64,000 bases of DNA from Octopus vulgaris. Lineage: Eukaryota. The position numbers and the translations under genes were made by a program. This document shows positions 25,170 to 37,393 of the stretch, one piece after another (positions within the stretch are counted from its first letter, which is position 1; every line of letters begins with the position of its first letter). The DNA is taken from the NCBI GenBank assembly GCA_951406725.2, contig OX597819.1:15500001-15564000 (forward strand), read 5' to 3'. The notes under the pieces are model-generated. The model made no database searches. It had not been told where the DNA came from and was given only the letters and a program-made list of their open reading frames with translations.

Positions 25170-25299
25170 CAACAACAAGACCAGGGGGCCCTAGTAACAT
25201 TCTACCAATAAATGTTGCGATACCAACTATTATCATACCCTTTAAACACTCCTTGACTGTAACTTTCATGTTTCCTTCATCTTCATCGCCTTCAGCCAT
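25170..25299 (-). CDS. C19orf12: C19orf12/Nazo-like copy B, first coding exon MAEGDEDEGNMKVTVKECLKGMIIVGIATFIGRMLLGPPGLVV(G)
   Basis: MKVTVKECLKG resembles human MKAAVKHSGKG. Contains the GPPGL motif, an AG acceptor at 25302-25303 and a GTAAGT donor at 25169. Confidence 0.8.
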
Positions 25300-26582
25300 T
25301 TCTAAAAAAGAAATACAAATCTTGTAAGCAATGAATTGTGTTATGAAAGAGAGAAAGAAAGAAAGAAAGAACAAGACATACAATATTCAATTGCAGATCA
25401 CATTTCAGATTTCATTTCTTCAATTATTGCACAGGAATATTTAAACATTGTATAAACATTAAGGTTTGTTCCTTCCTTATCTCCATCATTGAAGTGCATT
25501 GACTGATGTTTCCCCCACTGCTCCAATAATACTCTCCACTCACCAAGATGCATTCATTTTAAACAAAGCCAGAGAGTTTATATATTCATTTATAAAATAT
25601 AATTTGAAACATTCACAACACAACAGTAGCCCCTTGTGTGTGTGTGTGTGTGTGGTTTTGTAGTACAACACCCAGAAAGAAACTAGGACTATATTCAGAG
25701 AAATCTATTAACAAACAAAAAAAAAAAAAGAAAAGCATTCTCTGCCAATAGCAGAGAAAAGGTAGAGCTAGGTTTACCCAATTACAGTGGACTTTTACTT
25801 ATCTACATCGATGGAGCTCCTTTTTAAGGCTCTTGACTTCATTAGGGCCTACACTGAAATCAATCACGAGGACTTATGCATCAGGTGTAGGAGTGGGTGT
25901 GTGGTATGTAGCTTGCTTACCAATCACATGGCTCTGGGTTCAGTCCTACTGCATGGCATCTTGGGAAAATGTCTCCTAAAAAACTGAAGGTTCAGTAAAA
26001 TTGTATTATATACATATCAGAGGGAAACCACTATGTGGACACCCTTATGCCAGAAATAGATCCGCTATGGTCTTACCACTAAGAAATGTTCTCAAGAAAA
26101 ATTTAGCAAAACAACCAAAACGTAATCAAGCAAGACAAAAGAAAAGCAATAAAAATATGGATTAATCGCATACATATTTCACTATTAACATATTAATTAA
26201 CTTTACTTACATAAATGTCTGTAGATCATCGGTGCGATTGTCCAGATGAATATAATTTGCAGGACTGCATACTAGGACGTCCGCAAAAAGTCAGATCTGT
26301 AAAGAGTTCTACCGTTTACACTCGTGGTTACTATTTTAAATGTCCTCGTTTTGGTGCGCTAAATTACCGAAAAAACTTATGCTGCAGATAATACTTTATT
26401 GCAGTGGCCTTTGCCGGCTAGAGAATGTATTAATTTAAATTTAAATTTAAAATGAGGATGAGAAATTAGATATTAATTTAATTAACATCGATTTCACACC
26501 AGTTGTAGGACTCTTTACAAATCTGACTTTGTGCGGACGTCCTAGTATTCAAATCTTCCAATTTATATCCATCTGGACGGTC

Positions 26583-26650
26583 GCACTGATGATCTACGGA
26601 CATTTATGTAAGTAAAATTACGTAACATGTTAATAGTGAAACATGTATGC
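26583..26650 (+). ncRNA. Minimal hammerhead ribozyme, identical paralog of 8652-8719
   Basis: gca-CTGATGA(26586)...GAAACATGTA-tgc. Confidence 0.6.
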
Positions 26651-28609
26651 AAATAATCCATATTTTTATTGATTTTTCTTTTATCTTGCTCGAATATGTT
26701 TTGGTTGTTTTGCTAAATTTTTGTTGGCCAGATTTAATTTAATGTAGTTCTCAAGTTTTAGGGAATTGTAGTAGAGAAGATATGATACTGCTGTGGGCTC
26801 GCACTAGGCAAAAAGTTCAAAATTATTTTTGCCGATGACACTCCCCGGACCCTAAGTAAGGCATGTGTAAAATTTGAATGAAATTGGTTGTGTAGTTCTG
26901 CAGTTTTAGGGAAACACACAGACAGACAGACAGACAGAGACACATTCTCAGTTTTATATATATAAAGATATTAATAGTAATGGTAAGACAGCAAAAGAAT
27001 GAATGCGACCTCAATATTAAGTAAATAGAGGAATTTATCTGTAATATAGTATGTGACGATTATTCAGTTGCCCTTTTACTTGTTTCAATCATGTGACTGT
27101 GGCCATGCTGGAGCACCGCCTTTAGTCGAGCAAATCAGCCCCCTCTTTTTGTAAGCCTAGTACTTATTCTATTGGTCTCTTTTGCTGAACCACTAAGTTA
27201 CGGGGACGTAAACACACCAGCATCGGTTGTCAAGCGATATTGGAGGGACAAACACAGACACACAAGCATATACGCACACATATATATACATATATACGAC
27301 GGGCTTCTTTCAGTTTCCGTCAATCTAATCCACTCACAAGGATTTGGTAGGCCTGAAGCTATAGTAGAAGACACTTGCCCAAGGTGCCACACATATATAC
27401 ATAAAGACAGCTTTATTGTTCAATTGTTGTGCATTGATGCATGTGTAATATGTGTGAGGTAAGCAGTAAGAGGGAGAGAGTTTGGATGGGAGGAGTGAGT
27501 AAAGCAGGCAGAGAGAGGGAACGAGAGAGCAGGAAAGAGGGAGATAAAGACAGTAGGTATAAGTGTTTGTGTGTGTGTTTTTTTCTATGGAAAACTAGGT
27601 TTCTATTGAAAGTGAAACCAATTGACTTCATTGAAGTACAGTGATACTTCGCAGAACAAGTTTAATTCGTTCCATGACTGACCTTGCCTTACGATTTACT
27701 TGTTTTACAAATCAATTTTCCCATTGAAATTAACTAAAATATAATTAATCTGTTTCAGTCCCCAAGAACCACTCAAAAATAATTTTTTATGGGGTTTTAA
27801 AATAGAAAAGGTGTAGTTACAAGTAAAATGACAGTTTTCAAAAAGAGAATGCAAAGGAAATATATAAACTGGTTTTATTAACTGAAAGACCTTAAAAACA
27901 GGATGACTTGTGTGCTGTTTGCGAATTTTCTGCTCATACTTCTAGACAAAAATTTGCACGAGTCTTGGCCCATACAACAAATTATTCATACAATGGGGTA
28001 CCTGTGTTGCAAAGTTCTACTGTAATTACTTTTTGAGGAAATTAAAGGGGGTGGCCTTCAAAGAGAAGCCTTGACATTGAACTATTCATGAAATTGTTAT
28101 ACATGAAATCAACATCATCAATATTTTACCATATCATGTTACATTATACTCTCTTCTATGTAGTACCACAAGGACTAAAGGATACTGAATAACTAAATTT
28201 CCTGGATGTCCAATTGTTGCTTTTTAAATTACCATACCATCTTACAAAACTCATTAGGAGATCCCCTTCGATCATGAATGACCATGGGATTGCACCTAGA
28301 AAGTTACCCTCTGATGCACAAGTCCAGGCAAGATTGTTTGTGGAAGGCTAGCAGTCGCCCATGCATTCCAGCCTCCCCTCTCCATGCCACAGATGTTATC
28401 CAAGGGAAAGGCAAAGACCGATACAGCTTGGTACCAGTGATGTCGCAACTCATTTCTACAGTTGAGTTAACTGGAGCAAAGTGAAATAAAGTGTCTTGCT
28501 CAAGGACAAAACACACAGCCCAGTCCAGGATTTGAACTTACAACCTCGCGATTGTAAGCTCTACACTCTAGCCACTGATCCATGTGCCTTCACACAAAAC
28601 TCATTAAAA

Positions 28610-28650
<41 letters not shown>

Positions 28651-30220
28651 CATACATATATACATACATACATACACACACACATACATACAAACATATA
28701 TACATACATACATACATGCATGCATACATACATACATACATAAATACATACATACATACATACCTACATACATACATACATACATTCATACATACATACA
28801 TATATAGATGTGTGAATGTTTCCCTTGTTAACAATTAACACGGAAAAAATAGATAAATAGTTACCAGGGTAGCAAAATATCACACAATCAAAAAGGTTGT
28901 AACTCCTTATTTTTAAAAGTAAAAACTTCGGGTTTATGTGAAATATTTCGTATAATATATATAAATAAATGAATAGATTTTCCGGCTGCCAACACAACCT
29001 AAATTTTTTCCCTGGTGAGACCAGCTTTGTTATGAGCAAGCCAAAGTGTCTTATTAAGTACTATTGGGTCAATAGATGAATAAAAATTAGAAATGTCAAA
29101 CTGGATAAACTTAGTGATTCTCTTATTAACTCTTCACATAATATCAACCTGTTAAATATTGATACATTTACTAATACTAACATTAATTAAGCTAATACCA
29201 TCCATCCCTCTAGAAATATTAATAACAAGTTTATTGTATCTGAAGTCAATTACAACAGACTCCCCAGCTAGCCAGCTCCAGTCAAATTGTCTAACCCATG
29301 CCTGCATGGAAAATGGATGTTAAAAGACAACGACAACAATGATGATGGTGATGATGATGAGTAGAAATGAGAGACGTAAAATGAAATAGAAATATAATTC
29401 AAATAAATAACAAGTTTTATTAACCCAATAAAGTAAATGCAGAAATAAATACAATACTGTACTGAACTCTGAAAAGCAATGATTCATTTTAGAATGCAAT
29501 AGAAACAAACTTTTTAGACAACATGTGAATTCCTAAAGATGTTCCAGCAATGATCATTCGACCTTTTAGAGAAATGAAACCATTTATTTCCAATTTCTTA
29601 AAATTGATCTGTTTTAGAGCTTAAACAATAGGATTGTTTCATATGAAATAAATAGTTTAAAATATCATGTTATATATGAAATGAATATTTAAAAATATGG
29701 ATATATATTAGTCAAAATATAGTTACCTGTAGCAAATGATGTGACCACGAAGTTTCAAGTCTATCCTGTCCTGTTGTCTCTGAGGTTCTGGCTGCAATGA
29801 CCTATATACAGGAATACTAATTAGCTGTAATTCTGAGAAAATAGGTTGGTTTCCATTTAAAATGTATATACAGAAACACAGAAACACACACACACACACA
29901 TGCACAAATGTGTGTGCACATTCACTCATATATGAAAAAACTCAGAAAGCAGCAGGCAAGTTTAAGAGCTCCACCCACTTGCAAACATAATCATCTCATT
30001 GCAATTTACCTGGAAAAGAAAAAGACAATATTTTCTTGGAAAACACTTCATATATCCATTTACCTACTTATTCATTTATCTATTCATGATTTATTTTTAT
30101 CAGAAGTATGACAAAGCTTCCAGGTACTGCAGGGCAAAGAGTGAGAGAGAGAGAGAGAGAGATAGACTGCTTTTAGGCCATGGTAGTGAGGTGCCTTTAC
30201 AAAATTCAAAAGGTGAGAAA

Positions 30221-30289
<69 letters not shown>

Positions 30290-31516
30290 AATTTTAATAT
30301 TTTATTAGTCTTTGGTGTAATAATATTTTCCTTATGTAAATATTGTTGTTTATGTAATGATCTAATTATCGTAATTTTCTATATTATTAGATATTAAATT
30401 TAAGTTTATTCGTAAGATACTACTTAGCGATAGATTTATGTTTGATAGCAAATATACGAGGTGTCTAAAGTTAGGATTTTGTATATTCATGTATTAATAG
30501 TATTAATTGTAGTTTCAAATTTCTTATTATTAAAATTAGATAAACTTAGATATGTTTCGACTAAAGATTGGTCCAGGCCATGTCTAACTTAATAGCATAA
30601 CTTAGTTATTGTCTTTTAAAATTGATATTCGCTAGTTATTCCCATTGATAATTATATTTATAGTATTTATAGTATTTATTTCATACTATATAACTACGAA
30701 TTGATTATTTCTATAAGTATTTTACATAAGATTTCCGAAAGTTCGTTTAAGTTTGTTTGTTTGTAATTTTTGAAATTAGCTATTTCATCTTTAAATATGA
30801 AAAATTAATTTATTAGGTTTTTATTATATGTGCATATATATTTATTTATAGAGATTATTTTAGATCTTAATTATAATATTTATATACATTTATATATTTT
30901 CATTGATAATTTATATATAATAGTTATTTTTAAAAAAAAATACTTATGTAATTAGATATAGACTATTACCGATATTAAATTATTGGTGGGTTTCCTACCT
31001 TATAAATTAAAATTAATATTTAACATTATAATTGATTTTGATATAATCATAATTGTTAAGTTTTAAGTAAAATTATTATATTATTTATATCTTAAAAATA
31101 TTGTTTAAATATTTCTGATTATTTTTAAAATATTTCAATTAACCTGAAGATTGACTGTAACCATAACTCGAATTATTAATTGAATTTAAATTATTGTTAT
31201 TCGAATTGGTACAGCCATGAACTGATCGTAGTGTTTTACTCTTTATCTTTTATTAAACTTTTAATACTTTTGATATATATATATAAAAAAAATAATAAAT
31301 AAATAAATAAATAAATAAATTAATAAATGAAATAATATATAAATATAAAAATATACATACATACATATATATTTATATTTGTATATATATATAAAATTTA
31401 TTAGTTTAAATTATTTAAATAATTTTTTATTTTTAACTTTTATATTTTAAATTAATTTTATGTATTGGCTTATGTTTTTCACTGTTTGATTTGCCTAATA
31501 GTGGTTTTTATCTCTA

Positions 31517-31568
<52 letters not shown>

Positions 31569-31622
31569 TGGATTTAATCCTAAATCTCATTTTTCCCTGT
31601 AGGTTTGGATTTATTCCCTAAT

Positions 31623-31675
<53 letters not shown>

Positions 31676-31734
31676 GTTATAATATATATATATGTATCTT
31701 TAATCTTTTATCTTTTACTGGTTTCAGCCGAGGG

Positions 31735-32453
31735 CTGAGGTCATGCTGGTGCACCACCTGTAGTTACTCGGTGTTGTTTCTGATATTGTTTTTTTGGTGA
31801 AGTAGCACATTGGACGGAACTGCTCTTCTTTGCGTCTCCTGCCGTCATGTGGGTTCACCTAGTATCTCAGATAGAAATCTGTCCATGTAGATCTCTAAGT
31901 TTGCCTGGAAGGATATTGAACAATTACAGGCCCTTGAAACCCAGACTGTGTCCTTATTTTTTGATGGGGAAGATGAGATCTTTGGTATGATGCAGTGATG
32001 TCCAGATCAAGGACTCGTATAGTTGTCAATTCCAAAATTGGAAGCTAAACCCTCCAAGAAATTCCAAATATATATCACCACATATCTCTCTCATCTTCTC
32101 TCCGGGGAATGGAGACTCAGCACCTTTAGCCTCTCCCAGGAGCCCATCTTTTGCATTGAGTCAATGTTCTTTGTGTATTGGCACTGGATTGCTTCAAGAT
32201 CCACAGATTGTTTCACACTCTCTGGGGACTATAGTTGGGAGCAGTAATCCAAGTAGCTGGGAACGAAAGTCTTCCATAGGAGTTGCAGGGGCTCCCTTTT
32301 CCTGGTTCTGAATGTCCTCAGAATCCACCCAGCCACTCGCCTACACAGTGTTGCCATCTTGGTAATATGCACATGGAATGTTGCATCATTGCTCATGTGA
32401 ACCCCCAGGTCACATACCGACTCTGACTTAGGGATCATATTACCTTCTGGTCC
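31735..32453 (-). mobile_element. CR1/L2-like LINE 3' fragment (continues at 36553-36580 beyond the Gypsy insertion)
   Basis: VCDLGVHMSNDATFHVHITKMATLCRRVAGWILRTFRTR..YLDYCSQL is typical of a CR1-group RT C-terminus. YTGP|EGNMIP is split by the insertion. Confidence 0.75.
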
Positions 32454-32730
32454 TGTAGTGTGTGCGAGATTCGAATATAAAGGCACCTACCTTCTCTTCA
32501 CTCTGATAGATACCCTTCAGTGGTAACGGATCCTTCGTCACAGCCCCGACCCGAACACTAAAGATAGCAGCTGCTTCACCCAACCTTAGCAATGTCTTCA
32601 CATGTCTTAACACCTCGACGACCCTCGTTTGAAAGGCCGAAATCGCCGCTCTCTGCGCGCGCCTCACGACTGCCCCTTCCGGTTGCCCCAACTTCTGGTC
32701 AACGCACCCAGCTGCTGACGTCATTCCACA
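32454..32730 (-). repeat. 3' LTR of Gypsy element (277 bp)
   Basis: tgtagtgtgtgcgagattcg...gtcattccaca; direct repeat of 36343-36552 with extra sequence. Confidence 0.92.
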
Positions 32731-35700
32731 CGCCACCCTGATTTTAAAGATCACAATCTCTCTGCTCCATGTCGTAGTCCACCATCCAACCGGGAGGGCG
32801 CCTTGCGCATCGAGATCTCCTTAAGCTGGACACCTCGTTCTCACCCTCTCCAGAATCGTCGTCCGTCAAAGCGACAATCCTGCGAAGGTCCAAGACGTGT
32901 CGCGGCATTCCATCCACGAAGACGTTGTTTCTGGAATTGACCACGGTCACCGTTCCTCTGCTCCATTGAAACATACAGTGCGCCTTTGGTGGCTTAACCC
33001 AGACTTCCTCCCCTATTTTCACGCGAACGAGTCCCTTCTCTTCCTCGTGACCCTCCGGCGCTTTGCTCGGGTGCCTCCATTCATATTTGAACACAGCTCT
33101 CTGCGGCACAGATTCCTCAGCTTGTCCGGATCGGGGAGACAAGTTGTACCAAAAAACTGCTTCAAGCAGCGAAATGTGCCCTCTTTCCGCTATGGCCTTG
33201 ACTGTCCGATGGTGCCTTCCACGATCCCGTTACCGCTCTGCCTATACGCTGTTCTGAACAAGCGACACACATTCCACCGATCAAGCATAACCCTCAATGC
33301 TTCCGAACGAAACGCCGCCCCGTTGTCCATTAGTAGTTCTTCCACGGGACCTCTCTCTAAATTTATCCCGTTCAGGATCTGCGCAATCTCGTCAGCAATG
33401 CCCGTTCTCAACTCCCTCCAAATGGTCAGCCGGCCTGGCCCGCAGTCGACCATGGAGAGGTACATTCCCTGACGGTAGTGTGTGACACATCCACAGCTGG
33501 CCTTTTCCAGTTCTGCTCCACCGAAAGGCTTCCCTGTTCATGCCCACATGGAGCAGGGTCGATGGACTGACACCTGTCGCAGCTCCCAACCACCTTCCGG
33601 ATGCTTCTCCTAGTGATGTCAGCATCAATTTTCTTCGCCAGATACAGGGTCCTGTCCACACCCAGGTGATGCATAGCATGCAGTCTCTTCAGTTCGGAGT
33701 CATCCAACCGACACGCCGCAGCTATCCCTTTGCGGGCCTCCTCCGGTTCTTCCAACTACACTCTTTTCATCCTGGTCAGTGCGTTCGCCCTGTTTTTCTC
33801 CGAAGGCACGAAAACCACATTCAGCTTCAGTCCGAACTCGGCAATCAATTCACCTAGAACTCCTAGACGGCGCTTCACTAACATCTCCGCGGCACTTTAC
33901 GTCCGCACTCTTCTTTCACCGGTGATCACCGATCCTACCCAGCCAAGCCCAGTGGCCGAATCTGTCCGGATTTCAATTGTGCGCAGCCCTCATTTCAGGG
34001 CCAAGTTCACCCCTTTCAGCACCGCGTCTAATTCGGCGACATTGATGTGGTTGAAATCATCTGCTTTCCGAAGCCAGGCCGTGTCCTCCACCGCAGCACC
34101 TTCGATTGCCAATACAACCCCTATCGCTATACTGCTAGCATCACACCAGACGGTCCCGCATTCCGTCTTGGGCACGTACCAGTTCCCCCTGACCGGGTCT
34201 TCCGCTCTCGTCCTCTCTAGGATTTCCTGCATCATCGCCACTGTCCCTTCTCCCACCTTGTCGCCCCAACTCTCCCCCTCTGCTCGTCTTTTGGTGTAAC
34301 TACACGCCGTGCGCAGCCATCCAGCGATCAGGTAGTGACTGACCAACTTTCCACACACCGAGAACAGCTCTCTCCTGCTGACGCTGGAACTCAGCTCTGG
34401 GATTTCATTCCCTCTCCGGAACACCAATTCACCCGATCTATCTCTTCGCAGCTTCAGCCCCAGCACGGCTCCCCCTTCCATCACCTCCGGTGGCTTCGCA
34501 ATCAGTCCGAACTTCTCCAGATGTCTAACTACCTCGTTGGCTGGCACTACAGTTTTGTCCACCAAAATGTCGTCAATGTAGGAGCTGGTGGCCTTTCTAA
34601 TCTTGCCGTCTTTTCCTAGGACGGACTTAAGCACTCCCACCATGATCTTCGGAGCAGAATTCAGCCCGAAACCCAGCCTGGTTAAACAGTACGTCCGGCC
34701 TTTGTACCGCACCAGCTGATATCGCCACAGTTTGTCGCTCACATGGAGCTGCAAGTATGCCGATTTCAAGTCGACAATCGTCGCTGCCTTGGTCGACTGT
34801 CTCCACGCACGTAACGTCTCGCCACAAACGTCTGTCTCCTCACCTCCCGTGACACGATATATGCTGGTTTAGCTCCCTGAAGTCCAACACCGGTCTGACT
34901 TTTCCCTTCGTAGGCTGCACTACCGCCATCAGGGATAGCATTCCGCCTGTTACCTCCTCCTTCCAAGGGACAAGGACCCCTTCCTCGATCCACCTCTCCA
35001 CCTCGTCTTCAAACTCAACCCTGGCATGGCCTTTCAGGCTATGCTGGTAACAGCTCACCCTGTTCTCCAGCGTCGGGGGCTCGTCCTTCCATCGCCACTC
35101 TATCGTCCACCGCTGACCATCGAACGCAGCCTGAAAGTCTTTGTCCTCGATGGTGTAAGCCGCGCAGTCCCTCGCGGGGCTCTGCTCTCTCTCTGGCGAT
35201 CCTGACTCGCAGTGCACGACGCCCCCATGCTTCTGAACGTGACCTCATTTCCCACAACACCGACGCCACCAAGGCAGTTGATGGCGTCCATCCCCATCAC
35301 CACATCAACACCATCTATCACGCGTTCAGCCACAATTACCTGCAGCCTTAGCGTCGCGCCGCGCACCACTATCTCTACCTTGCTGCTGCCTCTGCAACGG
35401 ATTTCGCTGCCGTCGACCGCCCGGACGCTATTTGCCCCGTTCCATTCCTTCATTACCCTTGAAGTCACAAGGGTGGTCGTACAGCCCGTTTCCACGAGGG
35501 CCTTGAACGTCTTCCCCTCGGCCTCCACGTAAATTAATGGCAGTGTCTCCAATAGCGCCTCTACTCGTTTGCGGGGAAAGTTCGAGAGGCAGCAACTTCC
35601 CCGCGGTCGTTTCCCTGGTTGCAATCACGGGCGATGTACCCTGTCTGCCTGCATCGATAGCAAACGGGCCCTGGTTGCGCACAGTCCCGCGCCATGTGCG

Positions 35701-36342
35701 ACCCCTGGCATCTAAAACACCGACCTGTGAACGGCCGCTTCTGTACGTCTTTCTCTGGTCGTCGTCCGTTTTTACGCACCTCCGTCACCGCCATCACTAT
35801 CGCCTTCCGCCCAGAGTGTCATGTCAACATGAGGATTTGAGTCACCAGTTCGCTCAACGCCATCTTTTTAATCCTGGGCAATTGTTGTAGGAGAATCCCT
35901 ACATCGTCGGGGAACCCATTTACAAACGCCAGCCGCGCCGCTCTCTCCAGCCCTTCTCCCGTAAACCCAGCCAGCGTCACAAACCTTCTAACTTCTGCCG
36001 CGTACTTGTCCACTTGTCCTCCCGTCCACCGAATCGTACCCAGCTTAGTAAAAGCTGTGTATTCACATTCTGTGTAGGCATCCTGCAAACGTTGCTCTAT
36101 TTTTTCCTTGCTCAGGCGTTCCTCATCCTCCATCTCAAGATATAGCGTTAACGCGCTCCCTTCTAAATACAGCGCCATAAGACTTGCCACATCGCTTATA
36201 CCTTGCAGTCTTGCCACCAGCCTGATTTTACGCATCCAGGCCACTACATCGCCTTCACCATTAAAGGGTCTGATGATATCGCTGGCGATCCTGATTTTCG
36301 CAGACATCAAGGTGACGACTTACGTGGAGAGCCGAAATGGCT

Positions 36343-36552
36343 TGTAGTGTGTGCGAGATTCGAATATAAAGGCACCTACCTTCTCTTCGCTAAAGATAGC
36401 AGCTGCTTCACCCAACCTTAGCAACGTCTTCACACCTCGACGACCCTCGTTCGAAAGGCCGAAATCGCCGCTCCCTGCGCGCGCCTCACGACTTCCCCTT
36501 CCGGTTGCCCCAACTTCCGGTCAACGCACCAAGCTGCTGACGTCATCCCACA
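36343..36552 (-). repeat. 5' LTR of Gypsy element (210 bp)
   Basis: tgtagtgtgtgcgagattcg...gtcatcccaca. Confidence 0.92.
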
Positions 36553-36580
36553 GGTCCAGTGTATTCCAATTTTAGCCTGG

Positions 36581-37393
36581 TGTTGAACCGATAGTGGAGT
36601 GCCTATGCGGTCGTATCGTGCCGGGAATACGGTCGCATGCAGCTCTACTCTTAACGAAATCATTACAAGCCATAAAATACATACGACAATAGGACATAAG
36701 TGAATTGACACAAGTCTTCTGTTGGTAGATAAATATTATTTATTTACATATTTTACAATCATGCTGATGTTGGAAGTTTGTAAGTGTTAGCAGGTTTTTG
36801 TGTCTGTGTGTTCGTGAGGCATAAAAAGGTACTGACCATAGGATTAATCACGGAACTCGGTTTACAGTTCATGTTGTTTGTATCAGTATAGCACAAGCAG
36901 TAGCAGAAACCATCGCCTATCTCTAAGTTGAGCAGCAAGCAGAAACAATCGCATATCTCTAAGTTGAGCAGTAGGTGGTCTAAGTTAGTTCTTAGAAGAA
37001 CTAGAACTCAAGACAAAAATGCCTGTGAAAACTGGTTTTTATACTATTTGGTTGGCTCACCGAACTCCAGAAAATGGAATTTTAACCGAAGGTCTTGATT
37101 GGTTGATTCGCGATTGGCGCGAAAATAAGTCGAGACAATTCGCGTCACGTGTCAACCAGTGGCGCGGACTACACAGGGACCCTCGTGTCATATGTCCACC
37201 AGTGGCGCGAACTACACAGGGACCCTAGTGTCACACGTCAACCAATCAAGTTAGTGTTTACAAAAAGAACAAGTTGGCCAAAGATGGTTGTAAGCTCAAA
37301 CGAGATTATTTCTGCTTTGCCTTTCACACAGTGAAGATATTAGATATCGCTATAGTCATATACCAAAGTGGCTGAAACTGCCACGCTACAACA
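36581..37393 (-). mobile_element. Probable solo LTR (~813 bp) of a second LTR family
   Basis: TGTTG...CAACA inverted termini, AATAAA on the minus strand at ~36740, and internal short tandem repeats (~36900-36972, ~37145-37240). Lies exactly between truncated LINE and truncated Tc1 ends. Confidence 0.55.

Larger units (their letters stand above)
21373..30240 (+). repeat. Segmental duplication unit B
   Basis: Colinear with 1-13460. Lacks the Helitron-containing block and the 10.7-11.7 kb insert, and has an extra block at ~25355-25635. Confidence 0.95.
32454..36552 (-). mobile_element. Compact Ty3/Gypsy LTR retrotransposon (4.1 kb), defective
   Basis: Two LTRs with TG..CA ends and a 5-bp TSD GGTCC (32449-32453, 36553-36557). 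Gag with CCHC knuckles (CFRCQGSHMARDC, CYRCRQTGYIARDC), protease LVETG, RT YIDD, RNase H CDAS/INVAEL, integrase H-H..C..C with DNG/GNGIVE. PPT-like tract at 32731-32750. Confidence 0.95.

Noticed and set aside
32897-35890. Plus-strand ORFs over the Gypsy element
   Set aside because: Antisense shadows of GC-rich gag/pol sequence.
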